Shown in pieces: positions 17,101 to 21,412 of a stretch of DNA of 21,412 nt. Source of the DNA: a virus. Taxonomy: Duplodnaviria > Heunggongvirae > Uroviricota > Caudoviricetes. The translations under genes and the position numbers were made by a program. Each line of letters opens with the position of its first letter. Within the stretch, counting starts at the first letter, position 1. The stretch lies in IMG/VR virus record IMGVR_UViG_3300049825_000338, positions 84,600-106,011 of that record; one strand, 5' to 3'. The notes below the pieces were generated by a model. The model worked only from the letters and a program-made list of their open reading frames with translations, was not told where the DNA came from and did no database searches.

Positions 17101-17879
17101 GTGATCAGGTTTTTTGACTGTTTCTCCATCAATCCACCGAAGTCTTTTTGCAGACCGGAGATGATGAAGTCAATGGCCGCTCCAGCGGGTACGAGACCCT
17201 TCTGCTGCATCTTGGATAGTTCAGCTGTTGTGACGCCGAATCCTTCAGCCAAGTAGCGCGTGGCACTGATTCCTTGCTCCTGCAACTGGAGTAGTTCTTC
17301 GCCAGCTACTCGACCCTTGGCCTGAATCTGGCCTAGGGCACGAATGATCAACTGCATCTTGTACGGGTCGCCACCCCCAAGACCAGCCACGGCATCACCG
17401 ATAGCCAAGAAGGTGCCTTTCAGTTTGTCCAGCGGAAACTGATAGGCAATCAACGACTGTGCACCAGCCAAAACGTCTTTGAATTCGAATGGCGTTGTTC
17501 TAGCCAGGACTTTGAAGTCCTCGATCAGCTTGTTAGCCTTGGCAGCTGATCCTGTCATAGTCTCGAAAGCGATACGCGAGTTTTCAAGTTGTGAGTTGAA
17601 GTCAATAACAGCGCCCTTGACGGTACTGAATACCTTTCCGATCCCGAGACCTAGCCCCGACAATAGAGCAAACTTCTTGAGGCTTCCGGCTAACGACTCA
17701 GCGATCTTATCTCCCAAAAGCGTGGCATCTTTCAGCGCTTTTCCCTCATCAAAAGCGATCGGAAGCTTGTTCTTCGCAAACTGAGCCTGAGTCTTGCTAA
17801 GAAGTGACTGTACCTGAGCCGCAAATTGGTCAGAAACCGGCTTAATAATGAGGTCGGCTTCACCGATTACAAGAGACAT
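14178..17879 (-). CDS. Tape measure protein (1233 aa)
   Basis: Longest ORF, after the chaperone pair. Tape-measure N-terminal domain (ENSRIAFETMTGS...TPFEFKD...GRVAGEEL.QL.E.GI), Ala/Gly/Lys-rich helical body and hydrophobic segments. Confidence 0.92.
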   Translation of the reverse strand: MSLVIGEADLIIKPVSDQFAAQVQSLLSKTQAQFAKNKLPIAFDEGKALKDATLLGDKIAESLAGSLKKFALLSGLGLGIGKVFSTVKGAVIDFNSQLENSRIAFETMTGSAAKANKLIEDFKVLARTTPFEFKDVLAGAQSLIAYQFPLDKLKGTFLAIGDAVAGLGGGDPYKMQLIIRALGQIQAKGRVAGEELLQLQEQGISATRYLAEGFGVTTAELSKMQQKGLVPAGAAIDFIISGLQKDFGGLMEKQSKNLITSFSNFRDGLTQVLSTIGKPIYDVFKNIVFNASNFVAQLSVAFNEGGFTGEGGVFEFLVGKAPESARATITSILNSLSSITESAKKLLPALVSVGGEFAKLGGGAVVGGFRALLAVVAPLLETVANNITVFKDFVRVLLALYVVQKLTAMMNAFSTSMRSGAIADNVSGISKRVAGLGVVAGQATAKMKMLNEIARSAGTQTIAGTAAVPQGALFGGSGEGITSSLTKVEKLKEGFRSLGVTARASAGAIGAALAVVSSQTGGVVDNLAGIGAGAATGFAVAGPWGAAIGAGFGFLQGYLNDAAERTAKLKEAAKEVSEEYKKIISVEVEARNKASANPLAQQANLESIKTATQSDIDDYNKLIAERDKLADEARKKQQEQLAATPGRRGFVADAGDVIIKQFESQVNVARAKFDTAQTLQTEASKELARTIDASKKVIVDAYSEASPEIQSALQKFLLSAQPSLDDLNPTLTGLAKSLNTIPGIKIGNKALGVGQADPELIFKAVAASQKLQEQFKELTGQEFEASAGIDVFSAALAKISPKEVVAVSSSLDDLLKSVTTLATKGEAFGKAWSEGFGKVFSSQEAYTSAIGALNKLNDTIATSDSSVTDLRSVLEGSTDAWLNYVQAALSIGKDANEIDAVYQQWIDQIMATGVQAGYSKDQLKLLYDQVLGLKNTTIEIKVKLDKAQEAFDQLQKLQELGTLGDPELLKQRRAELSILKGEFEKAVKGAQGADQGAIRAGVDANAAKKREDAQKAIEKAQKEAADAAQRAGEAAQKAAEEAQKASQRMADALKGLQQSFADTAKSIVNKAQEFIGSATSKLQLNPGVNVSRLLKNTDFRTSAIKEFTSGRDELKKRGLSDSALQSLGITGPESVKQIRKLLAADPAQLGKLSSSLNSQRDSAIQAAAKTEGELIAKAVSDALERYFSATDRRPGDLTALRDQIVFQVSSNASNPEAVASAIIAQVEGQLQRA

Positions 17880-17887
17880 TACACCCC

Positions 17888-18262
17888 CTAGAGTACAGCA
17901 TCTAGAGCATCCATTTCGGCCAGCAGCCTGGCGTCATTCACAGCCACGCCCTTGTTATTTATGGTTCCCCAATCCGGCTCGCCATACCTCTCGTCCATTT
18001 CTGACATGTAACGGAGTTGCTCCTCCGTGACGTTGAAGTCGTTTGAAGTGGATGAATCGGATAGAGGCGTCCCAAATAGAGCATGGTCAACGTGTTCACG
18101 AACCTTGAGGGTGTCAGGACTCATTTCGGCATACATAGCATAGGCCATTGACACAGCTTCTCTAAGACTGAATGTATGCAGTGCTCGGCCGGTGGCCATG
18201 AGCACTCGGCCTTCTAGTTGACGCCAGTTGTCAGCCAGTAGTGCTATGAGTTGGAGGGCGCT
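17888..18262 (-). CDS. Tail assembly chaperone, -1 frameshift extension (G-T type; fused product about 228 aa)
   Basis: The -1 frame is open from the slippery site to TAA at 17888 (SALQLIALLADNWRQLEGRVLMATGR...). No independent RBS seen. Confidence 0.75.
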   Translation of the reverse strand, partial: SALQLIALLADNWRQLEGRVLMATGRALHTFSLREAVSMAYAMYAEMSPDTLKVREHVDHALFGTPLSDSSTSNDFNVTEEQLRYMSEMDERYGEPDWGTINNKGVAVNDARLLAEMDALDAVL

Positions 18263-18573
18263 TTTGGGTCGCCACCTGCATACTGCTCATTGAGCCAGGT
18301 GTAGATGTCATTCAAGTCTTCAATAGCGATGAGAACCGACGTATTTTCTTTGGAAAGCAGGCCTTGAAACGCCGCTTTCTGGTCTTCTGCAATGACTGAA
18401 ATAAGAAAGTCCACGAGGCCAGCGGCGGTATCCGAGTCCATAAATTCAAATACGGCGGTAGCCGGAATTTCTGGAAGGCAGTGAAATGTAGTTCCACCTA
18501 GCTTGAAGGAGGGCGGCTCTCCCATTTCGGCGCGACGAGCGGCGGCAATTGCATCAAAGTCTTTAACGGTCAT
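18244..18573 (-). CDS. Tail assembly chaperone (gpG-like, 109 aa)
   Basis: Small acidic ORF two genes before the tape measure, with a slippery heptamer near its 3' end. Confidence 0.8.
   Translation of the reverse strand: MTVKDFDAIAAARRAEMGEPPSFKLGGTTFHCLPEIPATAVFEFMDSDTAAGLVDFLISVIAEDQKAAFQGLLSKENTSVLIAIEDLNDIYTWLNEQYAGGDPKAPSNS
18262..18268 (-). promoter_or_regulatory. -1 programmed ribosomal frameshift site C CCA AAA
   Basis: X XXY YYZ heptamer correctly phased (GAC CCA AAA GCG). A -1 shift joins the two chaperone ORFs. Confidence 0.8.
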
Positions 18574-18581
18574 GTTTGTGA

Positions 18582-19064
18582 CTATAGTGCACGAAAAACG
18601 TTCAGGACGGCACGTTCTAGAATTCTATGACCATTTCGGGATTCAGCGCTCTTGGGCTTCCAGTTCACTTGTTGAGTGACGATCTTGCGCCCGTTGATGT
18701 AGAAGACCAACGGCTTTGTCTTTGGGTTTCGGGCTTTAATAACGTGCGGTTTGGCTCCTCGCTCAATTACGGAAGCGTAGGACTGAGAGCGTCGAGGAGT
18801 TTGCCCGGTTGTTCGGTTCACAACCTTGAATCGAAATCCTCCTTTGGCGGTGGCTAGCGGGTACTCCACCTCTACCTGGAATCCGCCAGCGTATCGACCA
18901 GTTCTGGCAGCATACTCAGGGTTGTTGCCTAGCTCGGCTCGCGCTGTCTTAGCCGCTTCGGCGGCAACCTTTACAGCAAGTTTACGTACCCCCACCCCCA
19001 CCGGCCCACCGGGCATGTACAGAAGGCGGTTTAACTCGTTGGGGTACAGACGAACAGTGGTCAT
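18582..19064 (-). CDS. HK97 gp10-like neck/tail-completion protein (160 aa)
   Basis: RTGRYAG, SYASVIERGAKPHVIKAR..KPLVFY..G..V..QV pattern, basic protein. ATGA overlap sets the start at 19064. Confidence 0.65.
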   Translation of the reverse strand: MTTVRLYPNELNRLLYMPGGPVGVGVRKLAVKVAAEAAKTARAELGNNPEYAARTGRYAGGFQVEVEYPLATAKGGFRFKVVNRTTGQTPRRSQSYASVIERGAKPHVIKARNPKTKPLVFYINGRKIVTQQVNWKPKSAESRNGHRILERAVLNVFRAL

Positions 19065-19564
19065 AGGGTTACTGTGATGCTCCAGCGAACACCGGAACAC
19101 CCAGCCTGCGGTTCACCGAGAGGCACCATGGGGCCGTAGTCAACGCCATCACAGAGGTCTAGCTCGGGAACGGCCCCGTCCTTGAGTTTCACTATGGTAC
19201 CGAAATAAGCCTGCCACCAGTGCTCATAAACGATTTGGGCCTGCTCATCAAGTAGTGCGCAGCCTTGTTCTAGCGGGTTGTTGATTGGAGTACAAACCCA
19301 GTATTCAACATTCAGAATGAGCCTGTTCTGAGCTACACATTGCGGGTTTGACCCAATAGACTCGCGACTCGCTCCATCCCAGTAGACAGCCAGTAATGGG
19401 CAGCAATCAACTGGTGGTGGACCTACCGAAACGTAGGCTTTGATATCGCCACAAACGGCCGGAAGAGGCGTGCAGGAGGTGACCAGCACTTGTTTAATTG
19501 TGTTCAATAGAGACTGAGCTATATTGAAGACGTAGACCGGGTTAGCCGGTGCTACGGACGCCAC
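19061..19564 (-). CDS. Putative tail terminator, Cys-rich (167 aa)
   Basis: GTG start abuts the previous stop. Size and position fit; ends in GCSGVRWSITVTL. Confidence 0.5.
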   Translation of the reverse strand: MASVAPANPVYVFNIAQSLLNTIKQVLVTSCTPLPAVCGDIKAYVSVGPPPVDCCPLLAVYWDGASRESIGSNPQCVAQNRLILNVEYWVCTPINNPLEQGCALLDEQAQIVYEHWWQAYFGTIVKLKDGAVPELDLCDGVDYGPMVPLGEPQAGCSGVRWSITVTL

Positions 19565-19747
19565 TTAAGCCGCCTTAGGCTTGGTGACCTTTTCATCGGC
19601 AGCTGGCTTGGCTGGCGGAGCGTCTTCCACAAGAATCGAGATGTACCCAGCACTAGCTAGTCCGTTAATGTAGTCGTTCTGCTCCACGTTGTGCGTGTCA
19701 CCTGGCATGAGGCCGATGATGTTGACGTGAGCTAGGATTAGAGCCAT
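19565..19747 (-). CDS. Small hypothetical protein with Ala/Pro/Lys-rich tail (60 aa)
   Basis: TAATG overlap with the major tail stop. Fills the gap exactly. Confidence 0.6.
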   Translation of the reverse strand: MALILAHVNIIGLMPGDTHNVEQNDYINGLASAGYISILVEDAPPAKPAADEKVTKPKAA

Positions 19748-20418
19748 TAGGCGATCGGCGGTACGGCGATGTAGGCGCAGGCAGCGGCTGGAGGAGTGAT
19801 AGTGTCAAGAACAAACGCCTCAACTTCAGAGTCTCCGAGACCGGCAGTGTCTGGCCAGTCATTGAACGGGCCACGATTCCAGGCTGGAAGAGGCTCAACG
19901 TAGCCAACCAGCTTCACGGTAGCAACGGCGTTAGTTAACTCGTAATCGGCTAGCGTCAGCGTGGCCTTAGGGAACACCGTTCTCCACCAACGCTGACCGG
20001 TAGCACCGCAGTCACCTGATGTGTCGATGGCCTTTGACCAAACCTCGATTGAGGAAGGATTCGGACAAGCTGCACCAACGGCACGCCGAGCGAAACCGAT
20101 CGGGTCAACTAGCGGAGTTGCTCCTGGAATCAAGCGTCCACCGGTTGTTAGCTCAAGGAATCGGACGTCACGGAGACACATGTCGATCTCGACATTGAGT
20201 CTCTTCAACTGATCGCAGGTCTTGAGTACGGCGCAAAGCTCGCCGCAGCCGTTCTTCATGAAGAAGTCTTCACCGGCTTCGTAGTCAGGGGTTGAGCTAA
20301 CGCGCACAACAGCTGAAGATACTACAGCGTTGGTTGTGGCAACGCCGGTTACGAAGTTGCAGTTAGCAAGACGTGCGGCACGTAGCCGACAAACTTGGGC
20401 GGAGGCCAGACAGGTCAT
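19747..20418 (-). CDS. Major tail (tube) protein, Cys-rich actinophage type (223 aa)
   Basis: RLRAARL..C...TG, PDYEAGEDFFMKNGCGELC, LKRLNVEIDMC..D...LEL.TG and WWRTVFP. Family recalled from actinobacterial siphoviruses. Confidence 0.7.
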   Translation of the reverse strand: MTCLASAQVCRLRAARLANCNFVTGVATTNAVVSSAVVRVSSTPDYEAGEDFFMKNGCGELCAVLKTCDQLKRLNVEIDMCLRDVRFLELTTGGRLIPGATPLVDPIGFARRAVGAACPNPSSIEVWSKAIDTSGDCGATGQRWWRTVFPKATLTLADYELTNAVATVKLVGYVEPLPAWNRGPFNDWPDTAGLGDSEVEAFVLDTITPPAAACAYIAVPPIA

Positions 20419-20427
20419 AGTACGTCC

Positions 20428-20436
20428 ATTATGCCA
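20428..20436 (-). promoter_or_regulatory. Candidate extended -10 promoter TGG-CATAAT upstream of the major tail gene
   Basis: Hexamer ends 9 nt before ATG 20418. No convincing -35. Confidence 0.35.
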
Positions 20437-20468
20437 GAACGGTTAACTCCGAAATGACGACCAATTTT

Positions 20469-20603
20469 CTACTTCTTTGATGGCAGTTTCTTGGCGGGGG
20501 CGGGGGATGTCTGAACATCCTCTGAAGGTGCTGGAGCAGCGGTTTCTGCCTGTGGAGCAGCTACGATAGCTGGGGCTGAAGCGCCCTTTTGGATTGCAGT
20601 CAT
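20469..20603 (-). CDS. Small Ala/Pro/Lys-rich hypothetical protein (44 aa; track ORF from 20723 is probably over-extended)
   Basis: ATG 20603 lies 6 nt after an extended -10 (leaderless geometry). Sequence MTAIQKGASAPAIVAAPQAETAAPAPSEDVQTSPAPAKKLPSKK. Confidence 0.5.
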   Translation of the reverse strand: MTAIQKGASAPAIVAAPQAETAAPAPSEDVQTSPAPAKKLPSKK

Positions 20604-20609
20604 ACAGGC

Positions 20610-20618
20610 ATTGTAGCA
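20610..20618 (-). promoter_or_regulatory. Candidate extended -10 promoter TGC-TACAAT (leaderless start of the structural operon)
   Basis: Near-consensus TGn-TACAAT followed by 6 nt and then ATG. Confidence 0.45.
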
Positions 20619-20835
20619 CGTGACGATGGTCACAGAAGAAAAGGGTTGCGCAAACCTCACAGATGCGCTATCATGGGTGTTGCAAGCGGTTGGACGAGGC
20701 CTACGGGCCAACTTCATTGACACCCGGCTAACGTGGGTGAAGGGGTGGATTCTATGTCCATCCTAAACGCCGTAACATAGAACGTTCCCTAGGTGAGACA
20801 GAGGTCACCCTGGCGGGTGAAATGCCTGCTTCAAT

Positions 20836-20916
20836 GGATGAGTTGAGCAACTGGTTGGCTCAGCACGCTGTAAACGTGCCACTTCGGTCTTGGGGGTTCG
20901 AATCCCTCCTCATCCA
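20836..20916 (+). tRNA. trnY: tRNA-Tyr (GUA), CCA not encoded
   Basis: Acceptor GGATGAG/CTCATCC + A, D stem GAGC/GCTC, anticodon stem GCACG/CGTGC with loop CT-GTA-AA, short variable arm with a UUCG loop, T arm GGGGG-TTCGAAT-CCCTC. Confidence 0.93.
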
Positions 20917-21123
20917 CTTCGGTCAAGACCGGTAGATAACTGGTTCTCTAAGCCCTAGTAACCCTAGGTCGCAAAAGCGTAAACCTACGTCTTGAACGAG
21001 CACTTGTCGGGCTTAGCGGCCCGCCTTAGCCACGGCACATGTGTGGTGACTTACCGGGAGTTGATATCCTCGGTGCCCTTCCCCCCGTCATCAGCGGTCT
21101 AGCAAAGAAGGATGTGTGCAAGG
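20917..21123 (+). ncRNA. Candidate structured non-coding RNA (spacer 1), unassigned
   Basis: 207-nt spacer with no credible ORF and many helices, e.g. CTAAGCCC 20948-55 / GGGCTTAG 21009-16 and TCAAGAC 20923-29 / GTCTTGA 20989-95. Confidence 0.4.
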
Positions 21124-21193
21124 TAATCGGTAGAGTAGCGGTAACTCGCCCGCCTTTAAGCGGGAGTCACAGGTTCGAATCCTGTCTGGTTCA
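21124..21193 (+). tRNA. Aberrant tRNA (Lys-like or pseudo): 6-nt anticodon loop CTTTAA, U1-C72 mismatch
   Basis: Acceptor TAATCGG/CTGGTTC + A, D stem GAGT/ACTC with GG in the loop, anticodon stem CCCGC/GCGGG, perfect T arm ACAGG-TTCGAAT-CCTGT. Confidence 0.7.
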
Positions 21194-21372
21194 CGAGCGG
21201 TGTAGGTGCAACTACACCAATCCCCATCTTATCAGGGATAAGGATAAGCGTACTTCTTGACGAGACCAGGACGTAGTTCCGATGCTAAATCGTTACAACA
21301 TCGGATGGCCTGGCGACATCCATAATGTTGCCAAAACCCAGTGGCGGAGTGCACTAGTCGTCACTGGGACTT
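21194..21372 (+). ncRNA. Candidate structured non-coding RNA (spacer 2), unassigned
   Basis: 179-nt spacer almost fully covered by hairpins of 7-10 bp plus a possible H-type pseudoknot. Confidence 0.45.
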
Positions 21373-21412
21373 GGATGCGTGGCGCAACGGTAGCGCAATT
21401 GCTTTACACGCA
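21373..21412 (+). tRNA. trnV: tRNA-Val (UAC), 3'-truncated by window edge
   Basis: GGATGCG-TG, D arm GCGC-AACGGTA-GCGC, anticodon stem ATTGC, loop TT-TAC-AC, then GCA. Confidence 0.85.

Noticed and set aside
11491-17784. Numerous + strand ORFs of 60-160 aa opposite the tail and tape measure genes
   Set aside because: Antisense shadows of long, well-supported - strand genes. No coupling, RBS or motifs.
20717-20722. Perfect TTGACA -35 on the + strand ahead of the tRNA cluster
   Set aside because: No -10 at 16-18 nt spacing (AAGGGG is found there).
20926-20970. Additional tRNA-Thr(AGT) suggested by a CT-AGT-AA loop-like sequence
   Set aside because: Flanks AAGCC/CCCTA do not pair, the D stem is mismatched, and no T arm follows.
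20917-21123. Group I intron interrupting the downstream tRNA
   Set aside because: No U-G 5' splice site in a P1-like helix, no room for P9, and no exon joining that repairs the tRNA's defects. Kept only as an unassigned structured RNA.
20940-21260. Pistol, twister, theta/HDV ribozymes, RNase P, tmRNA or c-di-GMP riboswitch matches from short motifs (TAAGCCCTA, GGTGCAA, CGGGCTTA)
   Set aside because: Only isolated words match. I could not build the required pseudoknot partners or conserved cores by hand. A covariance-model search is needed.
21039-21260. 73-aa ORF on the + strand in the RNA cluster
   Set aside because: Runs through a tRNA-shaped element and structured spacers. No RBS or recognisable protein features.

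Overview
This window is a fragment of a tailed dsDNA phage genome with siphovirus-type tail genes. An actinobacterial host is inferred from the protein families and from promoter-like -10 elements close to start codons; it is not proven. There are three blocks. (1) 1-4942, + strand, replication/recombination: 5'-truncated SNF2-like helicase, small hypotheticals, a PD-(D/E)XK exonuclease with four Fe-S-type cysteines, a Sak4-like P-loop ATPase, a probable SSB and an orphan amino-methyltransferase. (2) 4939-20603, - strand, a tightly coupled tail/lysis operon: major tail, terminator-like and gp10-like proteins, tail assembly chaperones with a CCCAAAA -1 frameshift, a 1233-aa tape measure, a distal tail protein, a Tal-like protein with an N-terminal M15-type Zn peptidase, a displaced head-tail adaptor, an internally duplicated holin, a membrane-anchored peptidoglycan-binding protein, a beta-helix tailspike and a Cys-substituted metallophosphoesterase. 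No terminase, portal or capsid gene is in the window. (3) 20785-21412, + strand, an RNA cluster: tRNA-Tyr(GUA), an aberrant tRNA with a 6-nt anticodon loop and a truncated tRNA-Val(UAC), separated by two densely base-paired spacers of about 180-210 nt that look like unannotated ncRNAs. The strongest leads are the structured inter-tRNA RNAs, the 6-nt-loop tRNA, the Cys-rich virion proteins and the non-canonical lysis and tail-enzyme genes. All family assignments come from motif recognition by eye, and all folds and counts were done by hand.
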